41,857 nt of DNA from positions 1-41,857 of the forward strand of contig CAJFNE010000001.1 of assembly GCA_904393855.1 (NCBI GenBank), written 5' to 3'. Below are positions 17,457 through 26,656 of the stretch, piece after piece. Positions within the stretch are counted from its first letter, which is position 1; every line of letters begins with the position of its first letter. The translations under genes and the position numbers were made by a program. The notes below the pieces were generated by a model. That model was not told the DNA's origin, did not search any database, and was given only the letters and a program-made list of their open reading frames with translations. The DNA comes from an uncultured Oscillibacter sp. (GTDB taxonomy: Bacteria > Bacillota > Clostridia > Oscillospirales > Oscillospiraceae).

Positions 17457-17701
17457 GTTCCCTCCTCCCCGCCGCTCTCCGCGCCGCCGAACCTCTCCGG
17501 CGGCAGGGCCGACAGGATCACATGGTCGCTGTCCATAATGAAAATAGAGGCGGTCTTGCGGCCGTAGGTGGCGTCAATCAGCATACCCCGCTCCCGGGTC
17601 TCCTGGACCATCCGCTTCACCGGGGCGGAGTCCGGCCCCACAATGGCCACGATCCGCTCCTGGGACACCAGGTTTCCAAAACCAATGTTGATCAGCCGCA
17701 T
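17453..17701 (-). CDS. remA: RemA/YlzA (DUF370) regulator
   Basis: [33 protein letters not shown]. Confidence 0.92.
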   Translation of the reverse strand: MRLINIGFGNLVSQERIVAIVGPDSAPVKRMVQETRERGMLIDATYGRKTASIFIMDSDHVILSALPPERFGGAESGGEEGT

Positions 17702-17704
17702 CGC

Positions 17705-18586
17705 TCACTCCACATTCTGCACCTGCTCGCGCATTTTCTCCACTTCCGCCTTCAGTCCCACCACCACCTGGGCGATGGCCACGTCGTTGCACTTGGAGCC
17801 GATGGTGTTGGACTCCCGGTTGATTTCCTGGATCAGGAAGTCCAGCTTCCGGCCCATGGGCTGGTTGCTCTCCAGCATGGCCCGCAGCTGGGAGACGTGG
17901 CTGCGGAGGCGGACCGTCTCCTCGTCCACCGCCACCTTGTCGGCGTAGACGGCGGCCTCCATCAGAATCCGCTGTTCGTCAATGGTGGTGCTCTGCAGCA
18001 CCTCCTCCATCCGGGCGGTGAGCTTGGCGCGATACTCCGCCACCGTCTCCGGAGACCGTTCCTCCACCTGGGAGGTATAGGTCAGAATGGTGTCCAGCCG
18101 GCCGGCAATGTCCTCCGCCAGCTTCCGGCCCTCCACAGCCCGCATCTCATTATAGGCTGCCAGCGCCTGGTCCAGCACCGCGCAGAGATCCGCGCTGACC
18201 GTCTCCAGATCCTCGTCCGCCTTGGTGACGGTGAGCACGTCCGGGAACCGGGCCAGAGTCTCCGGCGTCAGCTTCCACTCTATGGGGCCGCAGACCTCCG
18301 CCAGCTCTCCCAGAGCGGCGGCGTACTGGGCCGCCAGCTCCCGGTTCACCGTTACCTTCGCCACGTCCGCGGCGGAGGCGTCCACGGTAATGAACACATC
18401 GACCTTGCCCCGGGAAACCGCCTGCTGCACGTGCTGCTTGACGGCGTCCTCCGCGAAAGCGTACATTCGGGGCATCTTGATACTGCAGTCCAGGTAGCGG
18501 TTGTTTACAGACCGCACCTCTACGGTGATGTCCCGCTTGTGGAGGATCTCCCGGGCCCGGCCGTAGCCGGTCATACTCTTTACCAT
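17705..18586 (-). CDS. yloC: YicC/YloC family endoribonuclease
   Basis: KSMTGYG, RSVNNRYLD, GRKLDFLIQEINRESNTIGSK, REQVQNVE. Confidence 0.93.
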   Translation of the reverse strand: MVKSMTGYGRAREILHKRDITVEVRSVNNRYLDCSIKMPRMYAFAEDAVKQHVQQAVSRGKVDVFITVDASAADVAKVTVNRELAAQYAAALGELAEVCGPIEWKLTPETLARFPDVLTVTKADEDLETVSADLCAVLDQALAAYNEMRAVEGRKLAEDIAGRLDTILTYTSQVEERSPETVAEYRAKLTARMEEVLQSTTIDEQRILMEAAVYADKVAVDEETVRLRSHVSQLRAMLESNQPMGRKLDFLIQEINRESNTIGSKCNDVAIAQVVVGLKAEVEKMREQVQNVE

Positions 18587-18602
18587 CTCATAAGCCTCCC
18601 TA

Positions 18603-19262
18603 TCAGCAGCAGAAAATCCACCCGCCGTTGCACAGCGAGTAGGTGCAGCACAGCGGCAGGCACAGGTTGCCGCCGCACAGCTCCGTGCCGAACTGGCCGT
18701 CCCCGGGGCGGTAAGCCTGCCGGGTGCCATTCTTCATGAATTCCAGGGCCTGCCGATACTCCGGGTTGCCGGGGTCCATCTGGCAGGCGGTCTCATAGTA
18801 TCGCTTGGCCTCGTCCATCCAGCCCCGGCGGTAGCACACCGCGCCCCGCAGGAAATTCCACTCGGCATTGTGGTCGCTGTAATTGGCCAGCAGCGCCTCC
18901 GCCCGGCTGAGATTGCCGGTCTGGATGGCCACGCGCACCTGCTGCAAAACGGAGCTGCCGCTCTGCTGGCCGTAGCGCTGCTGATACCCGCCGTATCCGC
19001 CATAGCCATAGCCGGACGCACCACCATAGCTGCCGCCGTAGGACCCGGATGCACCGCTCCGCCCACCGCCGGCCGCGCGCTGCTTCGTGATCTCCTCGTA
19101 GGCGGCGTTGATCTCCTTCATCTTCTCCTGAGCCAAGTCCGCCAGGGGATTGTCATGGTAGTTGTCCGGGTGATACTTGCGCGCCAACTCCCGATATGCC
19201 TTTTTGATTTCCTCGTCAGAGGCATTCTCCGACACACCCAGGATCTGATAGGGATCGTTCAT
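18603..19262 (-). CDS. J-domain protein with Gly/Tyr linker, TPR-like region and Cys-rich C-terminal tail
   Basis: DPYQILGV...[12 protein letters not shown]; AEWNFLRG...DPGNPEY; tail [26 protein letters not shown]. Confidence 0.88.
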   Translation of the reverse strand: MNDPYQILGVSENASDEEIKKAYRELARKYHPDNYHDNPLADLAQEKMKEINAAYEEITKQRAAGGGRSGASGSYGGSYGGASGYGYGGYGGYQQRYGQQSGSSVLQQVRVAIQTGNLSRAEALLANYSDHNAEWNFLRGAVCYRRGWMDEAKRYYETACQMDPGNPEYRQALEFMKNGTRQAYRPGDGQFGTELCGGNLCLPLCCTYSLCNGGWIFCC

Positions 19263-19271
19263 GTAATGTCC

Positions 19272-20165
19272 TCAACCTTCTTGGGGTTTCTTTCTCTCGG
19301 CGCCTCGCCGCCCTTTGCGGAAAGTGCCGTCCAAAACGGCTCTGCCCACCTGGAACAGGCCGGTGTAGATCGTGGTCTCCAGGATCGTCCTCCACACGCC
19401 AAAATCCCACAGCTCAAAGGCCGTGGCGACCATGTGGATGGAGTGATCCAGCGTAGCGGCGAACTCCGCCCGGCTCTCCGATGTCCACGCGCCGTCTGGG
19501 AGCTGAAAGCGCAGGGCCACCGGGTTATAGGCCCCCTCCGCCGTGTCCTGTCGCAGGTCGTCCGCCGCGTCCACCAGATAGACCCAGCGACCCAGGTGGT
19601 AGAGCATCTGCTCCAGCACCCGTCGGCGAACAGGGCTGTCCACCTCTCCCGCAGCGCTGGCCAGCAGCGCCGCGAAGGTGTCCGCCGCCCGGTCCAGAGA
19701 GGGACAGTTCTCCTGCTCCAGCTCCCGCAGCCGGTCCAGCTGGAGGCGTACCGTCCGGTCGAACTCCGGCCGCAGAGCCGAGGCTTTCCGGTAGGCAGGC
19801 TCCAGAACCCGGGAGACGGCCCGGTACCGCAAGCCGTGGAGCCAGTCGTGGTCCGCCACGCCGTCCCGTGCCTGCCAGTAGGCCAGGATCACGCTCTCAT
19901 CCGCCGCCAGCTCTAGGGCTGGAGTGGCCTCCAGATAGTCTCGCCCGTGACCGGGATGGGCCGCGCAGCGGCTGTGCCGGACGGCACCCTCCTCCCCCTC
20001 CGAGAGGAGGATGGCCAGGTAGGTGAAATCGTAGTTCAGGATAAACCGGGCCGCCGGTCCATATCGCCGGCCCAAGGTATGACAGAGGCCGCAGTACATC
20101 CGGCGGAAACGGTCCAGCTCCTCCTGGCTGAGCGCCTGCGCCGGCGGCCTGACATAGCCGAACAC
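19272..20165 (-). CDS. DUF5685 family protein
   Basis: GTG start FGYVRP, YCGLCH.L, LNYDFT, C..HP, GRWVYLVDAADDL..D...YNP; family recalled from motifs. Confidence 0.78.
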   Translation of the reverse strand: MFGYVRPPAQALSQEELDRFRRMYCGLCHTLGRRYGPAARFILNYDFTYLAILLSEGEEGAVRHSRCAAHPGHGRDYLEATPALELAADESVILAYWQARDGVADHDWLHGLRYRAVSRVLEPAYRKASALRPEFDRTVRLQLDRLRELEQENCPSLDRAADTFAALLASAAGEVDSPVRRRVLEQMLYHLGRWVYLVDAADDLRQDTAEGAYNPVALRFQLPDGAWTSESRAEFAATLDHSIHMVATAFELWDFGVWRTILETTIYTGLFQVGRAVLDGTFRKGRRGAERKKPQEG

Positions 20166-20169
20166 TGCC

Positions 20170-20580
20170 TCAGAACAGCCGCACGATGGTGAAAGAGAGC
20201 CCTCCCTGGGCCCGCAGGCGGCGGTCATAGCGGATCGCGAAGATAATGCCCAGCACAAAGCCGATCACGGCCGTGGCATACTGGACGCCGACGCTGCCGC
20301 TTAGAGCAAAGGCCGCCAGGTAGCCGATCAGGAACAGAGCCACGGGGATGGCGTAGACCAGCGCCACGATGCCCAGCATCTTCTGGGTGCTGCTCTCCAC
20401 CACCACCTTCTGTCCCGGCCGGGCGCCGATGGGATTCTCGGCCCGGGCTTTCACCGCTGTGCCGGTGACGCCGCAGCCGGCGCACTCCTCGCAGTCGTGG
20501 CCGCAAGCGGACTTCCGTGGAACGGAAATCTCCGCGTGATCCGCGTCCAAAATCCGCTCAACAGTTGCAATTTGAGTCAT
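20170..20580 (-). CDS. RseC/MucC family membrane protein
   Basis: RKSACGHDCEECAGC, A.NPIGA..G..V, then two TM helices (YAIP). Confidence 0.85.
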   Translation of the reverse strand: MTQIATVERILDADHAEISVPRKSACGHDCEECAGCGVTGTAVKARAENPIGARPGQKVVVESSTQKMLGIVALVYAIPVALFLIGYLAAFALSGSVGVQYATAVIGFVLGIIFAIRYDRRLRAQGGLSFTIVRLF

Positions 20581-20591
20581 GGTGATTCTCC

Positions 20592-21902
20592 TTATTCTCC
20601 GGGCGGATTCGGCTCCGACGGCTCATCCGCCGGAGCTTCCTCCGCGTCTGAAATCGTAACCTGAATGTTGTACGTGCCGGATACGCCCACGTCTCCGGCG
20701 GTGTCCACCTGAATCGTGGCGGGAACCGTGTAGGTGCCGGAGGCGCCGGAGTAGTTGGAGAGGTCCGCCACCACCGTGACGTCCCCGCCCGCAACAGCCG
20801 CCACATCCGACGCGGTTCCGAAGATAGAGACCGTCATCTGCTGGGTTACGATCTCCGCCTGCTTGCCGTCCGGAAGATTCACATAGCTGAAATTCTCCGT
20901 GGTCACCTGGGCCCGGGACATATCCACGAACTCAACCGTCAGCGTGGCCCGGGTGACCCCGCTGAGATTCTCGCACCCCTCGGGAATGATGATGGGGAAC
21001 GTGTGCCGGTTGGCTCCGCTGCCCAGCAGATTCAGCAGGTCCAGATCACCAAGATTGATGGTGTCGATATCCCGCAGCAGTCCCGCGTCGCCGGAGACGG
21101 TGATGGTTAGCGGGAAAATCTCATAACTCAGATTGGAAACCCGCGCGCCGGCGGACTCCACAAAGTTCACCGTCAGGGTCAGCTCCTTGATGACAAACAC
21201 CGGCAGCGTGGCCTCCACCGTGTCCACGGTGGGATGCATGCCCGCGCTGTCCAGCAGCTGGCCGTCCGCGTCGTAGTAGGAGAACTCCAGGGACTGGCTC
21301 ACCGTCTCCATGGCGTCCTCGCCGATGTCCAGCGTCACCAGGACATAGCTGACGGCGTCCACATCCCCCTGCTGGCCGCGGATCTCCAAGGTGTCCTGGG
21401 ACAGCTGCAGCTCGCCGGCGGAGTAGCCGTCCGCCACGTTGCCCACCACCTCGCAGATGATGTCCACGGTCTTGCTGTACAGCTCGGAGATGTTGACTGT
21501 GGCCCGGCTGGGACTGCGCCGCTGGATCAGCCCATTGGAGAAATCCGAGTCCAGGAAGCTCACGTCCAGGGAGATGGTCTGGGTGCCGGAGCCCGTCACA
21601 TCCGTGAGGTCCGCCGTGACCCGGAGATCCTCCCGGCCGATATGGGCCAGGGTTGTCCGGGCACCGGAGAGGGTCACGTCCACCGTGGCGGTGGTGCCGT
21701 CGTCCACCAGCATCAGTCCCCGGTCCGCCAGGTCATCCTCCCCGGTGTAGGTGATGGGAACGTCCGTAATGGTGATCTCCTTGGAAAAGTAGCTGCCGTT
21801 GTTCCCGAACATATCCACGAAGATCCAGAAGACAATCGAAACCAGGATCGCCAGCAGGATATAGAGGATTTTGCGGTTCTGCATGGTTTCACGCATCTTC
21901 AT
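20592..21902 (-). CDS. cdaR: Diadenylate cyclase regulator (YbbR repeats)
   Basis: N-terminal TM helix, repeated acidic beta-rich domains, overlaps the cdaA 3' end; SD GGAGG before ATG 21902. Confidence 0.85.
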   Translation of the reverse strand: MKMRETMQNRKILYILLAILVSIVFWIFVDMFGNNGSYFSKEITITDVPITYTGEDDLADRGLMLVDDGTTATVDVTLSGARTTLAHIGREDLRVTADLTDVTGSGTQTISLDVSFLDSDFSNGLIQRRSPSRATVNISELYSKTVDIICEVVGNVADGYSAGELQLSQDTLEIRGQQGDVDAVSYVLVTLDIGEDAMETVSQSLEFSYYDADGQLLDSAGMHPTVDTVEATLPVFVIKELTLTVNFVESAGARVSNLSYEIFPLTITVSGDAGLLRDIDTINLGDLDLLNLLGSGANRHTFPIIIPEGCENLSGVTRATLTVEFVDMSRAQVTTENFSYVNLPDGKQAEIVTQQMTVSIFGTASDVAAVAGGDVTVVADLSNYSGASGTYTVPATIQVDTAGDVGVSGTYNIQVTISDAEEAPADEPSEPNPPGE

Positions 21903-22770
21903 CGTCCGCACCTCCATTCTTCCTGGTCCGCAGGAGGCCCAGCAGGGTAAATTTCTGCTTGTCCTCCCCGCCCTGCGGAATCAGTTCGTTCCGCAGGATG
22001 TTTTCCAGGGTCTCCGGCTTCAGATGCCGCTTCAGCATCCCGCCGGTGGCCACGGAGATGGAGCCGGTCTCCTCCGACACGATGACCACCACCGCGTCGG
22101 AGTTCTCGCTCATACCGATGCCGGCCCGGTGGCGCATACCCAGGTCCCGGCTCAAGTTGACATTCTTACTCAGAGGCAGCATGCACCCGGCGGCCAACAA
22201 CCGTCCGTGGCGGACAATGGCGGCGCCGTCATGCATGGGGGCCTTGACAAAAAAGATATTTTTTAGAAGTTCCGCGGTCACGGAGGCGTCCAGCACCGTG
22301 CCGCTGCGGACCATGTCGTCCAGGGAAATCTCCCGCTCAAAGACAATCAGGGCGCCGGTGCGGCTCTGGGACATCTCCGTACAGGCCAGCACTGTCTGGC
22401 CGATGGCCTCATCCATCACGTTCTTGGCCTCCGTGTGGCTGAAAAAGGCGATGAACCGGCGGCTGCCCACCTGCTCCAGAATCCGGCGGATCTCCGGCTG
22501 GAACAGGATGATCAGGGCCAGTACGCCCCATTCCATCAGCTGGCTCATAATAAAGTTGATCCCGTTGAGCCCCAGCACCGTGGACAGGGCCAGCAGCGCC
22601 AGAAAGACGAATACGCCTTTCAGCAGACTGGCGGCCTTGGTGCGCCGCACCAGCCAGAACAAGTGGTAGAGCGCAAACGCTATGATGGCGATGTCCAGAT
22701 AGTCTGTCACTTCCAGGGACAGCAGATACCGCCCGATGAAAACAGGCAGGTCCGCCAATGTCATCTCCAT
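21889..22770 (-). CDS. cdaA: Diadenylate cyclase CdaA/DacA
   Basis: Three TM helices, FQPEIRR, HDGA, LGMRHRA, VSEETG. Confidence 0.95.
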   Translation of the reverse strand: MEMTLADLPVFIGRYLLSLEVTDYLDIAIIAFALYHLFWLVRRTKAASLLKGVFVFLALLALSTVLGLNGINFIMSQLMEWGVLALIILFQPEIRRILEQVGSRRFIAFFSHTEAKNVMDEAIGQTVLACTEMSQSRTGALIVFEREISLDDMVRSGTVLDASVTAELLKNIFFVKAPMHDGAAIVRHGRLLAAGCMLPLSKNVNLSRDLGMRHRAGIGMSENSDAVVVIVSEETGSISVATGGMLKRHLKPETLENILRNELIPQGGEDKQKFTLLGLLRTRKNGGADDEDA

Positions 22771-22816
22771 AGGAACCCCGTCATCCCCTCTCGAACCCAA
22801 TTGCACTCGCTGTTTT

Positions 22817-22845
22817 ATTATATAAAATATGGCAGTCAATTGCAA
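22817..22845 (-). promoter_or_regulatory. Putative sigma-A promoter of the cdaA operon
   Basis: TTGCAA-17 nt-TATAAT. Confidence 0.7.
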
Positions 22846-22882
22846 GGAGATTCCAGGGAAAATTCACGGACTGTTCAGAAAG

Positions 22883-24007
22883 TCACGAAAACAGCCGCCG
22901 GATCGCTTTCAGGCAGCGGAAGACCTCCTCCGGCGTATTGAAATCCGAGAAGCTGAGACGGACGGTTCCCGTCTCCAGCGTCCCGGCGGTACGATGGGCC
23001 AGGGGCGCGCAGTGGATGCCGCTGCGGACCGCGATCCCCCGCTCCGCCAGGGCCTGGCCGACCTCCTCTACGTCCCGGTCCTCCGGCACCAGGGAGAGGA
23101 CACCCGCCTGATGTCCCAGGCCCGGCGCGGCAAATACCCGGAGTCCCGGGATTTCCCGCAGGCCCTCCGCCATCACCAGGGCCAGCCGGCGCTCCCCCTC
23201 GCAGATGCTCTGGAGCCCCCGACCCCGGACGTATCGTACCCCTGCCAACAGGCCCGCGATGCCTGGCATGTTGTGGGTCCCCGCCTCCAGCCGGTCCGGC
23301 AGGAAATCCGGCATCTCCTGCTGAATGGAGAGACTGCCCGTTCCCCCCTCCAGCAGCGGCCGGACCGGGACATTCTCCCCGCACAGCAGCACGCCGATGC
23401 CCTGGGGGCCATAGAGTCCCTTGTGGCCCGGCATGGCGATGAAGGCCGCGCCCAGCCGCTCCAGGTCCAGCGGCAGCATCCCCGCCGACTGGGAGGCGTC
23501 GACAATCAGCGGTACCCCCCGCTCCCGGCAGAGCGCGGCCACCGCCTCCACCGGCTGGATGAAGCCAAAGACGTTGGAGACATGGTTGCAGATCACTGCG
23601 TCCGTGTCCGGTGTCACCAGGCGGGCATAGGCCTCCGTTACCGCCTCCGGCTGGAACAGCGGCGCGGCGGCCACCGCCGTCTGGGCCCTCAGGGCCGCCA
23701 GAGGCCGGGTAACGGCGTTGTGCTCATATCCCGAGATCACCGCCCGACCGCCGGGAGGCACCAGGCTCTTGATGGCCAGGTTCAGGGCGTGGGTGGCGTT
23801 CATGGTGAAGATCACCCGCTCCGGGTTCCCCACGCCGAACAGCTCCGCCAGCTCGCTGCGGCAGGCAAAGGCGGTTTCCGCGGCCTCCATGGCCTCCGAA
23901 TACCCGCCCCGTCCCGGGGAGCTCATGGTGGCCAGCGCCCGCTCCATGGCGGCGGCAACCGCGGGAGGCTTCTGAAACGTCGTGGCCGCGCTGTCCAGAT
24001 AGATCAT
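22883..24007 (-). CDS. Cysteine desulfurase family (class V PLP aminotransferase)
   Basis: MIYLDSAATT, EHNAV, DASQSAG, GHKGLYGPQG, EAGT, VRSGIHCAP. Confidence 0.92.
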   Translation of the reverse strand: MIYLDSAATTFQKPPAVAAAMERALATMSSPGRGGYSEAMEAAETAFACRSELAELFGVGNPERVIFTMNATHALNLAIKSLVPPGGRAVISGYEHNAVTRPLAALRAQTAVAAAPLFQPEAVTEAYARLVTPDTDAVICNHVSNVFGFIQPVEAVAALCRERGVPLIVDASQSAGMLPLDLERLGAAFIAMPGHKGLYGPQGIGVLLCGENVPVRPLLEGGTGSLSIQQEMPDFLPDRLEAGTHNMPGIAGLLAGVRYVRGRGLQSICEGERRLALVMAEGLREIPGLRVFAAPGLGHQAGVLSLVPEDRDVEEVGQALAERGIAVRSGIHCAPLAHRTAGTLETGTVRLSFSDFNTPEEVFRCLKAIRRLFS

Positions 24008-24255
24008 ATCCCCACCTCCTGATAATACCCGTGCTGGTACAAGAATATTTGAACGGGATCCAGGGACTCCCGGTGCAGGGCAATCAGCGCCTGAGACAGG
24101 TCTGGGGCGGCCACGCGCAGCACATAGGCGCAGCCCCGGTCCGTCAGGTCCCTGGGGGCGCGGGCGATCTGGCAGCGAAGGCCGGACCGCAGCAGCACCC
24201 GCTGCATCCGCTGGGCGTAGGTCACCGAGCGGGCCAGCATCAAATAGTACTCCAC
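24004..24255 (-). CDS. DUF3343 family small protein
   Basis: GTG start with SD GGAGG; RSVTYAQR, PRDLT..GC; 4-bp overlap with the desulfurase start. Confidence 0.75.
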   Translation of the reverse strand: MEYYLMLARSVTYAQRMQRVLLRSGLRCQIARAPRDLTDRGCAYVLRVAAPDLSQALIALHRESLDPVQIFLYQHGYYQEVGI

Positions 24256-24447
24256 AGACACTCCTCCTTTCTATCCAGTTTATGGACGGCGGCGGAGAAG
24301 GTGCCTGGGGCAGCGGGGAGGCCCGCCCCCGGAGAACGCAGAAACGGCACGATTCCGCAGAATCGTGCCGCCTCCAAAACAGTCCATGCAAAAGGAAACG
24401 CCATGGGAAATGCCGCCCGGCCCCAACAGCCGCAACGAACGGAACGC

Positions 24448-24473
24448 GGGCGGATGAGCGCATCCGCCCCTAC
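24448..24473 (-). repeat. GTAG-family REP-like palindrome
   Basis: Minus strand GTAG-GGGCGGATG-CGCT-CATCCGCCC: GTAG tetranucleotide plus perfect 9-bp stem. Confidence 0.7.
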
Positions 24474-24527
24474 GTCTGTCCTGTCGCCACGCGCCGCGGT
24501 TCCCGGCTGTGGCCCAGCCGCCGGGCT

Positions 24528-24740
24528 AACGTTACCGAGCCGCCAGACCGAACTATGGGACAGGGCTGGTAACGGGTTCAAGTCCTTTTTGCCTACTTTT
24601 CTTCTCAAAAAAAGTACGGTCCCAAAAGCTCTCCCCATCCGCAGGACCAACGTTACCGAGCCACCAGGCCCATTCCACAGCCAGGGCAGGTAACGAGTCT
24701 AAAGCTCTTTTTGCCTACTTTTTCTCTCGAGAAAAAGTAC
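24528..24740. repeat. Two ~90-bp copies (period 121) of the repeat family at 3369-3785
   Basis: AACGTTACCGAGCC...GGTAACG...TTTTTGCCTACTTTT...AAAAAGTAC at 24528-24617 and 24649-24740. Confidence 0.85.
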
Positions 24741-25202
24741 GGCGTGGGCGGCCATGCCCTCACCCAGGCCGGTGAAGCCCAGGCCCTCCTCTGTGGTGGC
24801 TTTCACGTTGACCTGATCCACCCGGATGCCCAGAGCCTCCGCCATCCGCGCCGCCATCTCCCCCTTGTAGGGGCCGACTTTCGGCGCCTGGGCGATCAGC
24901 GTGGCGTCGATATTGCCAATGGCGTAGCCCCGCTCCGCCACCAGTCGGCCCACCTCCGCCAGCAGCTTCAGGCTGGAGATGCCGGCATAGCGGGGGTCGC
25001 TGTCCGGGAACAGGGTGCCGATGTCCCCCAGCCCCGCCGCGCCACAGAGGGCGTCCATCACCGCGTGGGTCAGCACGTCGGCGTCCGAGTGGCCCAGAAG
25101 GCCCCGGTCCCAGGGAATCACCACGCCGCCCAGCACCAGGGGGCGGTCCGGCACGATGCGGTGCACGTCATAGCCGTGCCCGATTCGGATGTCCATGTTC
25201 AC
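24699..25202 (-). CDS. ispF: 2-C-methyl-D-erythritol 2,4-cyclodiphosphate synthase
   Basis: [35 protein letters not shown]. Confidence 0.96.
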   Translation of the reverse strand: MNMDIRIGHGYDVHRIVPDRPLVLGGVVIPWDRGLLGHSDADVLTHAVMDALCGAAGLGDIGTLFPDSDPRYAGISSLKLLAEVGRLVAERGYAIGNIDATLIAQAPKVGPYKGEMAARMAEALGIRVDQVNVKATTEEGLGFTGLGEGMAAHAVLFLERKSRQKEL

Positions 25203-25930
25203 CGGCCCTCCTCCCGCGCCCGCAGGATCGCCTCCGCCAGGACCAGGTCCGTGGGGGTGGTGATCTTCAGATTCTCCTCGTCCCCCTCCACCAGGAAGAC
25301 GACCTTGCCCAGACGCTCTACGGCGGCGCAGTCGTCCGTCACCGCCGCGCCCTGCTCCAGTGCGTCCTGGAGGGCGGCTTTCAGGAGCTGTGCGTCAAAG
25401 ACCTGGGGGGTCTGCACCGCCCGCAGGCTGGAGCGGTCCAGGGTCCGCTCCACCGCGCCGCCGTCCCGGACCTCCTTCACGGTGTCCTTCAGAGGCACCG
25501 CCGGAGCGGCCGCGCCGCAGCGGACAGCGGCGGAGATCACGCGGTCGATCAGCTCCGGCGTCACCAGGGGCCGGGCCCCGTCCTGCACTGCCAGCAGCCG
25601 GGACTCCGGCGAGGCCTCCAGCGCCGCCAACAGCACGGAGTGCACCCGGCTCTCCCCGCCCCGGATGACCTTGCTGCATTTGGTGATGCCGTATGTATGG
25701 CAGAGGCCGGAAATGGGGAGCAGGTCCTCCTCCCGGCAGGCCACTACAATTTCATCCACTTGTCGGGCCAGCTGCAGGGCGGTCAAGGTTCGGGCCAGCA
25801 CCGGGACGCCGTCCAGAGGCTCCAGCAGCTTATTGACGCCGCCCATCCGGCTGGACGAACCGGCAGCCGCCACCAGTGCAGTGCACTGTGGGCGGCTGCT
25901 CTCCCGAATTTTTTTGAAAAACGAAAACAT
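25199..25930 (-). CDS. ispD: 2-C-methyl-D-erythritol 4-phosphate cytidylyltransferase
   Basis: [34 protein letters not shown]. Confidence 0.95.
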   Translation of the reverse strand: MFSFFKKIRESSRPQCTALVAAAGSSSRMGGVNKLLEPLDGVPVLARTLTALQLARQVDEIVVACREEDLLPISGLCHTYGITKCSKVIRGGESRVHSVLLAALEASPESRLLAVQDGARPLVTPELIDRVISAAVRCGAAAPAVPLKDTVKEVRDGGAVERTLDRSSLRAVQTPQVFDAQLLKAALQDALEQGAAVTDDCAAVERLGKVVFLVEGDEENLKITTPTDLVLAEAILRAREEGR

Positions 25931-25945
25931 CCTCTCATCCTCTCG

Positions 25946-26440
25946 TCACTGTGGTATGGGGGCCTGCATCATGGCGCGGTCGATCCGGGTCTCCGCCTCC
26001 TGATACGCCACTTTCTCCACCAGTACAATCTCTGAGATCATGATTTGCTTTGCGTTGTGGAGCATCTTCCGCTCTCCATTGGACAGCCCCCGCAGGGAAT
26101 CCCGCTGCATGAGACTCTTGATCACCCGGGCCACCTGGTAGAGATCGCCGCTTTTCAGCCGCGTCAAATTCTCCTGATAGCGTTTATTCCAGTTGGCACT
26201 AGACTCCACCGTCAGATCCGGAATGTCATGGATCAGTTTTTCTGCCTCTGCCTGTGAGATGATGCCGCGAATTCCAATCACCTGGCTGTTCTCCGTGGGA
26301 ATTTTCAAAACCAGACCGCCTGTAGGCATTTTAAAGACGTAGTACTCCTTGATGACTCCCCCGATTTTTTCCTGCACAATGTCGTCAATGACACCCGCGC
26401 CGTGCATGGGATGCACGACCAGATCCCCAATGCGGAACAT
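25946..26440 (-). CDS. carD: CarD family transcriptional regulator
   Basis: FRIGDLVVHPMHGAG, NWNKRY, LSNGERKM; carD-ispD-ispF order. Confidence 0.92.
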   Translation of the reverse strand: MFRIGDLVVHPMHGAGVIDDIVQEKIGGVIKEYYVFKMPTGGLVLKIPTENSQVIGIRGIISQAEAEKLIHDIPDLTVESSANWNKRYQENLTRLKSGDLYQVARVIKSLMQRDSLRGLSNGERKMLHNAKQIMISEIVLVEKVAYQEAETRIDRAMMQAPIPQ

Positions 26441-26522
26441 GCTCCCTCCTTTCTCATCCGTGCGGTACATTTTACCGCCTTTTCTTGCCTGTTTTCCCTG
26501 TAATTAAATCGTTTATAGAATG

Positions 26523-26551
26523 ATTATACCGATTTTTTTCCAGTTTTACAA
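26523..26551 (-). promoter_or_regulatory. Putative sigma-A promoter of carD
   Basis: TTGTAA-17 nt-TATAAT. Confidence 0.7.
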
Positions 26552-26595
26552 GCGGTTTCCCAAAAAAATGTTATAAAACTTCCGGGAAATAGACT

Positions 26596-26634
26596 AAAAA
26601 AGCGGCGGATGGCCCGCAAAAGGCCGTCCGCCGC
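26596..26634 (-). terminator. Terminator after the CoA-transferase gene
   Basis: GC stem GCGGCGGACGGCC/GGCCATCCGCCGC followed by TTTTTT on the minus strand. Confidence 0.75.
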
Positions 26635-26656
26635 CGAAAATCATGTCGAAAAAACG

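Noticed and set aside
24008-24463. 150-aa N-terminal extension of the cysteine desulfurase in the ORF track
   Set aside because: The family start is MIYLDSAAT at 24007; the extension overlaps DUF3343 and repeat DNA. Similar spurious extensions were trimmed for yloC, fmt, rsgA, plsC and the ABC ATPase.
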